Assembly (NCBI GenBank): GCA_951406725.2
Contig: OX597818.1
Span: forward strand, 27,094,001-27,158,000
Source of the DNA: Octopus vulgaris
Lineage: Eukaryota
DNA: 64,000 nucleotides
Direction: 5' to 3'
A program made the position numbers and the translations under genes. Below the pieces are notes generated by a model that saw only the letters and a list, made by a program, of their open reading frames with translations, was not told where the DNA came from and made no database searches. Shown here piece after piece: positions 40,800 through 53,727 of the stretch (position 1 is the first letter of the stretch; every line of letters starts with the position of its first letter).

Positions 40800-42578
40800 C
40801 TCATCATCATCATGATCATCATCGTCTTTTAACGTCTGCTTTCCATGCTGTCATGAGTTGGATGGTTTGACTGGGGACTGGCATGCCAAAAGGCTGCACT
40901 GGGCTCCAATCCGATCTGGCAAAGTTTCTACAGCTGGATGCCCTTTCCAACACCAACCATTCCGAGAGTGTAGTGCTATTAACATGCCACCAGCACAAGG
41001 GCCAGTCAGGCAGTACTGGCAGCGACCACGTTTGAATGGTGCTTTTTATGAGCCACCGGCATGGGAACCAGTCAGGTAGCACTGGCAATGACCATGATTG
41101 AATGGTGCTTTTTGCATGCCACCGGTGCAGGACCAGTCAGCTGGCACTGGCAACGATCATGCTTGAATGGAGCTTTTGACTTGCCACTGGCATGGGTGCC
41201 AATCAGGTTGTATTGTCATTGGCCATGACAACGATTTCACTTGCCACAACAGGTCTTCACAAGCACAATTTATTGCCCAATGATTGAAGGGTACTTTTAA
41301 ATGGGCTGGTTATGCTGCACTGGCATAGGCCACAGTTATGGTCTCACTTGGCTTGCTAGGTCTTCTCAAGCACAGCATATCTCCAAAGGTCTCAGTCACT
41401 TATCCTTGCCTCAGTGAGGCCCAATGTTCAAAGGTCATTTTTCACCATCACATCCTAGGTCTTCCTCTTTCACAGGTTGCCTCAACTGCTAGGGTGTGAC
41501 ACTTTTTCACACAGCTGTCCTGATCCATTCACAACACATGACCATACCAGTGCAGTTGTCTCTCTTGCACACCACATCTGATGCTTCTTAAGTCCAACTT
41601 TTCTCTCAGGGCTCTTACACTCTATCGTGTATGCACACTGACATTACACATCCAGTGCCGCATACTGGCTTCATTCCTTGCAAGCTTATGCATATCCTCA
41701 GCAGTCATGGCCCATGTTTCACTGCCATGTAGCATGGGAGTTTGCACACACATGTCATACAGTCTACCTTTTACTCTGAGTGAGAGGCTCTTTGTCACAA
41801 GCAGAGGTAGGATTTCTTTGAACTTTGCCCAGGCTATTCTTATTCTAGCAGCTACACTTTCAGGGCATCCACTTCTGCTACTGATTTTGTCACCTAGGAT
41901 ATGGAAGTTGTTAACTACTAGTAGTTTTTCCTCCTGGAATGTGAAGGAAGCTGTTTTCTTCACATCTTCAGTGTTTATTGCTCCTGAGCATTTGCCACAT
42001 ACAATAACTATTTTCCCAGTTAGCCTTCCTTTGATATTGCTGCACCTCTTATATGTTCATAGCCTACACTGGGTACATCTTATGGAGTTTCTACCTACGC
42101 CTTTTCTACAGATCAAGCAGGGCCATCTACCAGAAGGGATTTGTGTTTTGTCTGCCTTCCTAATTATTAAGACATTGGTTTTTGCCATATTGACTCAAAA
42201 GCCCTTCGATTCTAGACCTTGCTTCCACACCTGAAACTTCTCTAGTTCTGATAGTGACTCAGCTATTAGAGCAAGGTCAACAGCATAGAGAAGCTTTCAG
42301 GGTCTTCCTGTCTTGAATTCCTCTGTTATTGCTTGGAGGACTATGATGAATAAGAGGGGGCTGAAGACAGATCCTTGGTAGACCCCTACCCCTGCCTGGA
42401 ATTCTTCTCTGTACTCATTACCAAAACTCACCTTACTGATAGCATCCCTCTACATGGCTTGTACAGCTCTCACTAACCATCCATCTATTCCTAGTTTCCT
42501 CATTGATCACCAGATAAGGAATCGGGGGACCCTGTCAAAGGCTTTCTCCATGTTAACAAAAGCCATGTACAGAGGTTG
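40800..42578 (-). mobile_element. RTE-LINE RT C-terminal half plus 3' UTR
   Basis: AFVNMEKAFDRVP, QGSVFSPLLF, LYAVDL, ARIRIAWAKFKEILPLL..LRVKGRLY..MLHGSETWA; 3' UTR repeats and (GAT)n tail. Confidence 0.9.
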
Positions 42579-42647
42579 TCAATGAAAGCCATATATTGAT
42601 ATATATTCTCATATACATGTGAGTTTAATGTGTGTATATATATATGC

Positions 42648-43177
42648 AACATGTCAGGTAATGTTATGGGTTGGCCCTACCCCTCTGGCGAATCTGACAT
42701 GTCATGGATTCGGTCTGCCCCTCTGGCGAATCCCTCACATGTCATGTAGTGTTATGGATTAGGTCTGCCCCTCTGGTGAATGCCTGACATGTCATGTAAT
42801 ATGGGTTGGCCCTGCCTCTCTGGCGAATCTCTGCCATGTCATGTAATGTTATGGATTGGGTCTACCCCTCTGGCGAATCTGACATGTCATGTAATGTTAC
42901 GGGTTTGTCTGCCCCTCTGGCTAATCTGACATGTCATGTAATGTTATGGATTGGGTCTACCCCTCTGGCGAATCTGACATGTCATGTAATGTTATGGGTT
43001 TGTCTGCTCCTCTGGCTAATCTGACATGTCATGTAATGTTATGGGTTGGGTCTACCCCTCTGGCAAATCCTGATATGTCATGTAATGTTATTGGTTGGCT
43101 CTGCCCCTCTGGTGAATCTGACATATCATGTAATGTTATGGATTGGCCTTGCCCTGGTAAATCCCACCGACATGTCG
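42648..43177. repeat. 47-48 bp minisatellite, about 11 units
   Basis: Unit GACATGTCATGTAATGTTATGG.TT.G(G)TCT.CCCCTCTGGC.AATCT counted by eye. Confidence 0.93.
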
Positions 43178-44100
43178 CGCCTTTTTGGCATTGAACTGAT
43201 GAGCTTTGTGGAATTTCTGCCCACTTTTCATGCAACAATCACAAGAATTCACCTTTAGCTTTAGGTTTCTGTTGAGTTTTTTGTATAGCTCTATCTCATA
43301 TACTCCCAAGATTTTCAATTGGGTTCATGTCAAGAGATTGGCTGGGCCAAGTAAGCTTTTTCATTTCATTTTCAGTCAGCTATTGTTGATTCCTTTTGCT
43401 GTATAGCATGGAGCCCCATCTTCCACGAATAAAAACTCATTTTTCGTTATGTTATTATGTGAATACATCGGAAGTAGACCTTGCTTAAGTACTTCGATGT
43501 ATTTTTCAGAGTTTATGTTTCCAATACATTCAATCAGCTCAGAACGACCATTGCTGGTGACAGCTCCCCATACCATTACAGAGATACTGCCATGTTTCAC
43601 AGTTGGTTAGAGTTGTTTCAAATCAAATTCTTGATTGGGAAGCCTCCAGATCCAAACACGTCTACTGTCTGAAAATAATGCAAATCTGGGTTCATCTGAG
43701 AAAATCACTCTATCCTAAAATGAACTGGATTTTTCTGGCATCTCCTCATTTCTTTCTTTTCATGATATTAATTGGTTGAAGGGGAGGTTTTCTTCTAGTG
43801 GCTCTTCCATAATATCCAAGCTTATGCAGATATGTAACACACATTCTTGGACTAATTTCTAGCTGTTTTACAATATCAGAAGCCTTTGAACGGGGTTTGT
43901 TTTCCACAATTCTCTTCAAACAGCGAAGCTTTCTTTCCAAGGGCCCAGGTCAGCCGGGATGAGAATCTGTGGATTCTTTCCTTGGCTTTTGAATTGCACT
44001 ATAATTCTATTTACAGTAGCAAAAGGAATTTGAAGATTTTCAGCAATTTTTCACTGGCAAAGACCAACCTCAGATTGCCCAACAATACAACCTAGTTTTT
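43178..44100 (-). mobile_element. Tc1-type transposase pseudogene (DD34E-like), 3'-truncated
   Basis: LHKLGYYGRATRRKP, VIFSDE, KHGSISVMVWGA, EDGAPCY, WPSQSLDMNPIENL, SSMPKR. Confidence 0.9.
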
Positions 44101-44632
44101 TTCATTTGCAATATATGCATTTTTTTTAAAGATAGTGAAAAATCTGAAAATTGGCTATAATAATAGAGTTTTCCAGTCTAATTGCTATGAAGGTATGATG
44201 TTGTGGAGAAAAAAATTGGAGGAAAAAGTTACAGAGGTTTAAAAATAGTGTATTTTTAGCCAATAGCAAGACAGAAATTTTCTGTTTAGCAGAGCGATGT
44301 AAACTTTAAGGTTGTATCCTGTTAAATTTATAGTTTTGCGTGAAATTACTTCTTCATTGTAGGTTTCTAAATAAATAGAGATACCTAATAAAATTAACAT
44401 GTATCATCTTACTGTTTCTTTTGTCTCTTCATTGGTTGTATATTTTTATTATTTAAAAAAAATTTGTTATATATATTTGTCTGCATGTGTTTACTTTATA
44501 TGTATTTCAGTATTATGTATACCTGTCATGTATTTATGTACATCATCAAGTTATAAGTTCATGTGCGCTTGTGTGTGAAAAGGAGGTGTCTGTCTCCGAA
44601 ACTTCAAAGTTGGGTAACATTTTCATGTTTGT

Positions 44633-45046
44633 GGATCTATTAGGTTTGAACGGCAGTTTTTTCTAGCGATGTTATATGAAATTGTCTCCCATAATTATGA
44701 CCCTAGTATGGTTCTATTGCATTTCAATCTGTTTTAGGGTTAGGGGTGAGGGGAAGGGCATCTTTTTTTTCTTCACAAATGTAAATAAACCCAATCTGTT
44801 TCTTAAACGAGGGACATATTCATGCGGTACAGAATGTTCTTTTACCTCAATAGACGTCAGTGATTGGTTGAAATTGCAGAAATTGAAGAAAAAAACCCCC
44901 CAAATATCTTACAAACTATAGAATTTTCTCAATAAAGCCAAGAGAAAATGATGTTTTATAAACACATTCTACCAGTATACGAAGTTTAACATTTTTTAGT
45001 TACCTAGAAATTATGTTAAAAACTGCCGTTCAAACCGAAAAGATCC
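44633..45046. mobile_element. MITE with GGATCT...AGATCC TIRs
   Basis: About 25-bp TIRs (GGATCT..GGTTTGAACGGCAGTTTTT); flanks CATGTTTGT/CATGTTTGC (8-9 bp TSD). Confidence 0.88.
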
Positions 45047-46792
45047 CATGTTTGCATTTGTAAACTATGATAAGAATAACACTGGTCAACAAAGAATCTG
45101 TCCCAAGAAAAGAATATCTGTATCTTACGTTTTTGCATGCAGAATTCAAAAATAATGTCAAATTATCTGTACTAAATTTACATATTCCATTCACCTTCAT
45201 AATGCCAAGAAACTGTATAAACATCGCAAACAACTTTTGCTATATATGAAAAATATATAAAATATTAAGACAATTGACGAAAAATATCTATAATAAAATT
45301 CTAATTGATAAATATAAATGTTTATTAAAACAAAACACGCGGGTGAAGTAAATCTCATGGTGTGAAGAATCAACACATGCAAATGAAACATGTGCGGTTG
45401 TCATAGTAACAAGCTGTTAATGCCTCGCTCTCTGTTGATTGGCTAAAATAAATTTCCCAACATTAATTCCAAATAGCATCAGATTCTGTAATTTACGAGA
45501 TAAAGTAATTGATTGATTGTAATCAAAATTCAGAGTTGCATTGATACACAAAAATTGAAAGCAATCTGAGCAAAATTAAAGGGGGCTCATTTTCCGAATG
45601 AGAAAGACTTTGTACACACGAGCAATTCAGTAAAGACGGCATGATATCCTCGTAAAAAAAAAAAAAAAAAACGAACATCACACGAACGCATTTAACTGAA
45701 TGACTTTTATTTTCCTTTCCTAACAAATCAACACCTACACACACTGTGATTCGTAAAGATGGAAACAAGTTGCTGAAATATAAGAGGCTAATGCGATCAG
45801 GTGCAATAACATTGGATGCAATTCGCTTTTATTTTAACTCTGATTCTAATTTTCCAGTCAAATATATTATTGTTTTTAAAAATATATAGTTCGCTTGAGT
45901 TAAAAAAATCAACTATATTTATTTATGAAATAAATCTGTTTCTTTTATTTTTTACCATTCAAATAATAAAAAAAAAGTTATGTATTTATTGAGTTAAAAT
46001 TCAAGACAAAAGAATTTTAGGCAAACGAAAGATCGCCTTTAAAGAAAGCGTATAAAATATAACCTACATAAATATTTTTAAATAGAGAAAATATAGTTTG
46101 AGAAAGAGTAAAAAATAAGAGAATAGCTCTTTTTTGATTTTAGAGAATTTAGAACCATAGAACCATATGAAGATACGAGATCTGTCTCTTGCAAATCCTC
46201 CCTCCTTAACCCATTTCCTACACATGCTATCTAATCAAATAACGTTCGCCAAATTATTTGTCCTCTTGTGACTTTCCTTCCGAGTTTTGAATTATGTTCT
46301 CACTGTCTTTCTTTCTTTCCGTCTTTCTTATTGCCTTGTTTCTATTTTTTCTTTCATTCTTGCCTATATCGATCTCCCCGCCCCTCTTCCTTAAAAAAAA
46401 AAACTTTTATGTTTTATTCAACTTAGTTTTGTATGATTTTTAATAAAAATCTTTTTCAGTTTGATTTTGGAATTATTCCGTGAACAAGCCAATTTTTAGA
46501 TCGAGTTTCCTATACACCATTAAAAGTCTTTTTCCTTCTATTCCCATGTACCCGTTTTCTTCGTCAGCATGATACAATATCCTCCATTAGTCAAACGTAT
46601 TAATTTTCATCTAATTTTATACACCTTTCATTTTGTTAAAATAATGAAATAATATTAGTCGTTCATTTATACTTCTGTGCTATGAGGTTACTCACACAGA
46701 GAAAAAATACTTAATTTGTAGAATTAACAGCAAACTCAGAGTATCTAACCTTTTATCCTGTTTATCATTTTTTCATTGTTAAACGTATTTTT

Positions 46793-47209
46793 AGATCTTT
46801 TCGGTTTGAGCAGCAGTTTTTTCTAGCGGTGTCATATGAAATTGTCACCCATAATTATGACCCTAGAATCGATCTATTGCATTTCAATCTCTTTTTAGGG
46901 TTAGGGTTAGGGGTGGGGGGAAGGATATCTTTTTTTTCTTCACAAATGTAAATAAACCCAATCTGTTTCTTAAACGAGAGACATATTCATACGGCACAGA
47001 ATGCTTTTTAACTCAATAGACGTCACTGATTGGTTGAAATTGCAGAAATTGAAGAAAAACAACAAATATCTTACAAACTATAGAATTTTCTCAATAGAGC
47101 CAAGAGAAAAGATGTTTTATAAACACATTCTACCAGTTTACGAAGTTTAAACTTTTTTAGTTTTACCTAGAAATTATGTTAAAAACTGCCGTTCAAACCG
47201 AAAAGATCC
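46793..47209. mobile_element. MITE, second copy of 44633-45046
   Basis: Colinear with 44633-45046; TSD GTATTTTT on both sides; internal (TTAGGG)3. Confidence 0.88.
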
Positions 47210-50200
47210 GTATTTTTATTCTAACATTTAGATTAGAGGTGTTGAACATAGGTATGGTGACAGTTAAAAAATTTGCTTCGCAATTTTGCGGTTCCTGGTT
47301 CGATCTCACTAAGACAACTTACACAAATGTCTTTTACTACATTCTTGGATTCACCCAGCTTAGAAATCGTAGGGGAACTGGTCGAATGGTCAATGTCTTA
47401 TGCTCATGCTGATTCTGCCCTGCGATTTACATGTCTGTGGAATAGTCAACCACTTACACGCTAATTTAGTTAATCGTCAAAATCGACAGAGGATTCATTA
47501 AAACTAAAATTTTTAAAACAAAAAAAGAAAAAAAAAAAACTTTCAGAAAAATTGATTTTTAAAAAATAAAGCTATAAAAAGATCAGGAAGTTATGACATG
47601 ATGTCTCTCATCAAATAGCAGCCATGAATTATTTAAAAAAGAAACTATACAGAAATAATTGAACTTACTTTCTTTAAAAACTCAAACTATCATTTATAGG
47701 TTTATGTTTGAAAAGAAGTTGAAATTCTTTCGATATCTATGCAAAATAAAAATTTATTTTATTGGGTTGGCAGAATCGTTAGCGCGTCGGACAAAGTCTT
47801 TAGCGGCATTTGTAACGACGCTTTATGTTCTGCGTTTAAATTCTACAGAGGTTGATTTTGCCCGTCAGCCATCCTGTTGTGGGGTCGATTAAATAAAGGT
47901 CAGTCAAGTATTGAGGTCGATGTAATTGACTTGCCCCCTTCCCTCAAATTGCTGGCCTTGAGCCAAAATTAGAAAGAATTTTCATCGTTAAAGTGGCAAG
48001 CTGGCAGAATCATTATTGCCCCAGACAAAATTCTTAGCTACATTTCTTCTGGTTCTTTATAGTCTGAGTTCAAATGCCACCGATGTCGAATTTGCCTTTC
48101 TTCTCTTCGAGTCGATAAAATTAGTACCAGCGGAACACTAGGGTCAATGTGATTGACTAAACCTACCCCATCCAATTTCAGGCCTCGTGGTTTATATTAA
48201 AAAAAGAATGATTATCATCATTTACAATCCCTTTCTATCTTTACCCTCCTTGGCTGCTGCTTCTCTTCTTTCTTGAAATCACAGAATTACTCGTCTCAGT
48301 AGATTGGTAGAAGTGGGAGGGTCATATAAAGGTTTGTATTCCAGATATTATATTACTGCTTTGTTAATGAAAGAGGCAGTAACTAAAACGCCTCTGTCCT
48401 TTTGTTGAAAAATATTCCTTTCTACTCTAGGCACAAGGCCTAAATTTTGGGGGAGGGGTCCAGTCGATTAGATTGACCTCAGTACGCAGCTGGTACTTAA
48501 TTTGGTAAATTTTTATATTACCACCCGCACGATTTTCACTAAGAAAAAAAAAAAAAACTCGTATTTTTTTCGTGGAATCAAGTACCCTGATCTAATATGC
48601 TGCAAATCCCTTATTTTGGTTCGGAAAAGGGTGGGTGGGTGGAGGGGGTACATATTTAATAACGAACAATGTAATTCACACCCTGGAAAATTTATTGCTG
48701 TAAAATGTTTTTTTTTCTTAAACACACAAAATATAGTCTGTAAATTTAGGATGATTTTAAAAGATACTATTTTTTTATTATCAGAATATATACACTTCTC
48801 ACACAACAATTAATGCACTCCACTACGTTGAACAAATTCACAAAGGAAACATTTACAATCAATAAACGCAACATTTCTACAGCCATCCGACCAAAAACAA
48901 ACTGGATGAAAATATGGAACACCGCACATGCAACGTTCTCCACAGCCACAGACTTTTCGAACGCAGTCCTGCATGCTACGCGAACTCTTGTCCATAGACT
49001 TGAACTTTCTTTGCATGCACATATTTTTGCATTTTAAATGCTTACTCATATCGTTCACTTTTGTTGCACTATACACTTTCATTTGTTTTTGAATGTTCTA
49101 TATTTGTATGATATATTTTTTTCTCATTGGCTACTGGTATTGCACATTTTACACATATGTACAATTATTTCAACTACGTTATTTTTTCTCTTTACATGTT
49201 TTCTTTTTGAATGTCTGCAGTTTCTTTCTTACTTCGCACGCTGACCCATTTATGCACTGCTCCGTATTTTGTTTGTAAAACAAAACAAATTTTTTTCTCA
49301 ACGTTCATACACAAACCTGCATGCCTGCACCCACTTATACACATGCACCACAGTATAGTGCTTTTAGAGTCGTTTTCTCATGTCTGTACCTGCTCAGCTC
49401 TTTTTCTCGACTCTGTGTACGTCGGATGTCAGCTCATGTTCTCTGCGCCCTTGTCAGACACAACTTGCCTCTGTTTGACCCCAGGTTGGTCACGAAGTTA
49501 ATAGAGAAAATTGTCTGTCCTATGCAACCCGCCAGCACGTCACACTGTCGCAGTTCTGGCTAATCTTAGCACATGCCTACGACAACAACGCCAGACACAT
49601 TTCGCCTCTGCACCCCCTTTGAATGCATTTTCACACAAAATGTAGTTCTGCAAGAAAACTTTTGCTGATATCATGGATAGAGAATACACACACTCATTCA
49701 CCTCAGCTTATTTCACGGCTGCAGGATTTTCTCTCGCACTCATGTATAAGCCCTTGCACGTTCACTCTGCCTCAGTCGCGCACCGACTAGCATATTCCGA
49801 ATTCTGTGCACGCAAAGCGACACCACTCTTCGGACTCAGACGAATAGATACTTGTCCCGTATACATTCTCAGTATTCTTTCTCCTGATATGCACAATTTT
49901 TCTCAGCCTTGCATCACATTCCCCAGTAACAAAATACCTTTCACAATTGAACGTTATTCTCACCTTGTCCTAAGACACATTTTTGTATGAATGCATTCTT
50001 TTCCCTAAATAGTTCATTTCTTTTTTTTTAGAAGCTCTCTAGCGGGGGAGTAGTGTAGGGACCTTGCTTGGCCCTGCATGAGATATGAAACAAAATCTAC
50101 CCGCTTGTTGCTTGTCAAAACAAGCGGGGGATCCTCTCCACACCAGATAATTGATGGGGAAACACTTGACTTCCAAGTACCTGTTCTGGTCAAGGAAAGG

Positions 50201-50639
50201 TCAGTCCTTTGTTTAGGGTTTGACTTACGTTCCTGACTATAGTCTATATAACATAACATTTGCTGTCTCTTCCTCTTTTGCGTCAGCCATGACCAAGAGC
50301 AGCACTTTCCCTTCGTTCGACATACGAAGAGAAGCTTTCGGCCGCAAGAAAGACGATGCCACCTTTGTCCTTTCTAGTCAGCACCGTGCATCCCTTACTA
50401 TTTCCCTATTTACTGGCAGACAGCAACTTTTACGCTATCAACTACCAACAATTACTGCTGTATCTCTAACTACATGTCGAGCAAACGAATAAATATATAT
50501 AAATAATATTTCTTCCTTCTTGGTGTTGATTCTTCGATATTTACCGGTTATTCCGATGCGAGAACCTTCAAGCGTTACATCTACATGCCACATTTGGTAG
50601 TCGGCTAGATCATATCGACGATATGGCATGTCACTTCAG

Positions 50640-51360
50640 CCCGCTATGCCCTCGTTTTGCGCAAGTCCACTGTGCTTCACTGTTCTATGTCGAAAGTTGT
50701 AACTATGAAGTTCAGGAATGTGAGAGTAGGCCTATCACAAGTCACTGAAAATTGTGGTTCTAGGAAGAACCAACTGGCGTACGCGTTCCTCTAGTGAGTC
50801 GCGATTCCGACATAGCACCGCATAAAGAAAAGCATGTCTGGTCTCGTGACACACTCCTCCGAAAATCCACTGCTCAGGTAGCAAGCATCCTTCCTCGGTT
50901 GTATTTACGTCTTGAGGAAACTATTTTGTCTATCTCAACAATCTTCCCAGGGCCGCCTATCTGAACTGGGTTGTGGAGCAATGTCCTCTGCACATATTTC
51001 ACGAATATAGCTGTTGTAATCAACAGCTGTGCAGTAGCTCATCTCCAGTTTTTCAACACTAAAGAAGACCGAAGTCAATTCATTGACCCTTGAGCAAAAG
51101 AAAAAGAAAGTCCGAAGAGGAAGAGTGCTACCTTCAAACCATGTGTCTTTTCTGACAGACAGACAATCGTTGCTTTCTTTTTAGGAGCACTGCCAATAAA
51201 TTTTCCCGCAAAGCACCTTCTTGTTTATATAGCGTCTTTATGTGCATAATTTTCTTTTAGGGATAACACCTTTCTCTTGTAAGTAAGAAATTGCATCCTC
51301 CCTGATTTTCAATTTCTCCGTTACATTCGAAAGTTTAAACGAGTTGGCTGCAGTCACATT
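50640..51360 (-). mobile_element. Merlin (IS1595/ISXO2-like) transposase pseudogene
   Basis: Manual minus-strand translation: YWQC..CLSVRKDTWFEGS..TAVDYNSYIREIC..IGGPGKIVEID..RRKYNRGR..QWIFGGV..TTIFSDL**AY..HRTVKHS; missed by the ORF track because of frameshifts. Confidence 0.88.
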
Positions 51361-52242
51361 TTTATTTAAGTTGAAAAGGTCCAGGAAAACACACAATTCA
51401 AAATTATGAAAATGAAATTGTGATAGGACAGCAAACGAAAAATATCTGATCGTTTCTCAAACAAAAAATAAAAAAGAAAGAAAGAAAAACGTGAAAATTA
51501 CAAAAATGAGGTCGTACAAACGTTTAGAAAATATCCATTTGGAGTTTTAAGCTGACTTGTTATCAAGGAAACAGGTATCAATATGTTTGTGGCTTTCGAT
51601 TGGCTAAAAGTACCAAAAATTTGCAAACTTTAAAAGCTATTAACTTTTGATTTATTAATTTATTGCAAAAATGAATTTAATTTTATATAATTAGCATACA
51701 AAACTATATCAGTACACCAAATTTGATAACTGAAACAAAATTAAAAGAATTGAAAACAGTGACAGCAACAGAAAGTATGCATCAGTCGATTATCATATTA
51801 ACCCTAATTATTTGACTTATTTTATCAACATTGGAACGATGAAATACAAAGTTGACCTTAGGAGTTGAACTCAGAACGTAAAGAGCCAGAACAAATAACG
51901 CCGCGTGTTTTGTCCGTCGTTCTAAGGATTTTACCAATTCACTGGCTTTATTTATACAAAATTCACATCACTTATTATCAACTACTGAATTACCAGTTTC
52001 TAGACTCACTGGTCCTTCTTCATGATTATAGCTGGTTTGTCATTTGTTTGGCCACAAATTATTGGCATGTTATGCAAACAACAGTCCAGTATGCAGAAGC
52101 ACATGCATACGTTTTTTTAAAAAATACTAGTTGTTTTTATTTATTGCATGCGAGTGTGAATAATATAGTCATCAGATATAGGGTTCCAGTGATCAAATTA
52201 TTGATTCACTGCAGTAGAATTAGAATAAAAAAGAGCAAACAA

Positions 52243-52410
52243 TCTTATATATAAATGGCATTTTCTGTCTGTTGATCTGTCTGTTACCATCTTGCTGCCT
52301 ACACCAGTAAACCAATCTTGACAAAACTTTGCATGCCTGTTAAACTAACATCCAGTTCAATTACAGGCTAATTGGGTTTCAATAAAAATTTATAATGGGC
52401 CCATAGGGGG
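52243..52410 (+). mobile_element. Possible non-autonomous Helitron-like 5' end
   Basis: A|TCTTATATATAAA followed by (GTCT)n-like tract and AACCAATCTTGACAAAACTTT. Confidence 0.35.
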
Positions 52411-52623
52411 TTTGGGCTTTTATTTGATTAAACGAGAAGGGTGCAAGAGATTGTTAGTGTGAAGGAAATTTGGTGGCATAGTAAGTGTGGCTGATATCAG
52501 GGAAGGGGTGAACAGCGTTGTGTAACCGACATGGAGTGGTATGATAACGTTAATACAGCTGTCATGCATACGAAAGTATGTATGTACGACGCTGCATACA
52601 TACTTTCGTAAATACAGAAATAT

Positions 52624-52665
<42 letters not shown>

Positions 52666-52786
52666 GCATGCACATACACATAAGTAACTTCTAAAACGTC
52701 AAAGAAGGGAAAGAAAAGTGGGTGTGAGGAATACATAGCTTTTAGGAGAGGCGGCAAGTAGGTGGCTTTTCTGCTATATATAAATG

Positions 52787-52975
52787 TGACCGCGGGTGTA
52801 CCGTTGGCAATTTTTTTCCTCTGTCTTCCCTTCTCTGAATCTTTCCTTTTCCTATGTTTCTGAAGAAGAGCTCCGCTCGAAACGTTAAACCCTCCTTCTT
52901 CCCTTCCTTCCTGAGCGTCCAATAATACTATATTTGTTCCACGTCCTCACGTTGTTGTGTTTTCATGTTTTGGAT

Positions 52976-52980
<5 letters not shown>
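52787..52980 (+). mobile_element. Penelope-type pseudo-LTR (family X)
   Basis: Matches 34396-34600 (inverted) and 57225-57395, which lies downstream of the PLE ORF; ends at (TA)n. Confidence 0.8.
52856..52890 (+). ncRNA. Minimal type I hammerhead ribozyme
   Basis: GTTT-CTGAAGA-A-GAGC-tcc-GCTC-GAA-ACGT-T-AAAC: stem I GTTT/AAAC, stem II, loopless palindromic stem III ACGT, GUU site. Confidence 0.75.
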
Positions 52981-53055
<75 letters not shown>

Positions 53056-53120
53056 GGTCCCGGGTTGAGTCGGGGTTAACCACAGTAAATAAGGTACTCA
53101 ATACATAGCAGAGTAAATTA

Positions 53121-53375
53121 ATTTATTTTATAGAAGGAGCTTCTACAGGACTAGAACTGTTTCATTCAAAAGAAATCATCAGGAAGCTAGGTGACAAGAA
53201 TAGTTTTGGCATTTATACATTTAGGCAGGTTTAAAGGGGTGGTGGTGGGGGACTTTTTGGGGTAGGCATGGCGCAAACTATCATTCTTAGGGGAGTGGTC
53301 AAAGGAATCAGTGATAAAGTAGATAAAAGAATAAATAGAATAATAGAGTTTAGGTAAATAAGGAGACTCTCACTT

Positions 53376-53380
<5 letters not shown>
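53121..53380 (-). repeat. Left arm of ~255-bp inverted repeat (family Y pseudo-LTR)
   Basis: Reverse complement of 57428-57682 with few differences. Confidence 0.9.
53138..53188 (-). ncRNA. Type I hammerhead ribozyme (family Y)
   Basis: Exact reverse complement of 57615-57665. Confidence 0.75.
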
Positions 53381-53440
<60 letters not shown>

Positions 53441-53727
53441 TACATACACATACACACATACATCCATATACACATGTACATATGCACCCATCTACATACA
53501 TCTACGTACACACCCATACCCATACTCATACATACACACATATATCTACACACATATATATAAAAATATATATTTAATATATATTTTTATTTTTATATAT
53601 ATGTGTGTAGATATATGTGTGTATGTATGAGTATGGGTATGGGTGTGTACGTAGATGTATGTAGATGGGTGCATATGTACATGTGTATATGGATGTATGT
53701 GTCTATGTGTATGTATATATGTATATT

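Noticed and set aside
41581-42234. 217-aa plus-strand ORF
   Set aside because: Antisense shadow of the RTE RT on the minus strand
42648-43177. CRISPR-like appearance of the 47-48 bp array
   Set aside because: Whole units are homologous, there are no unique spacers or cas genes, and the context is eukaryotic
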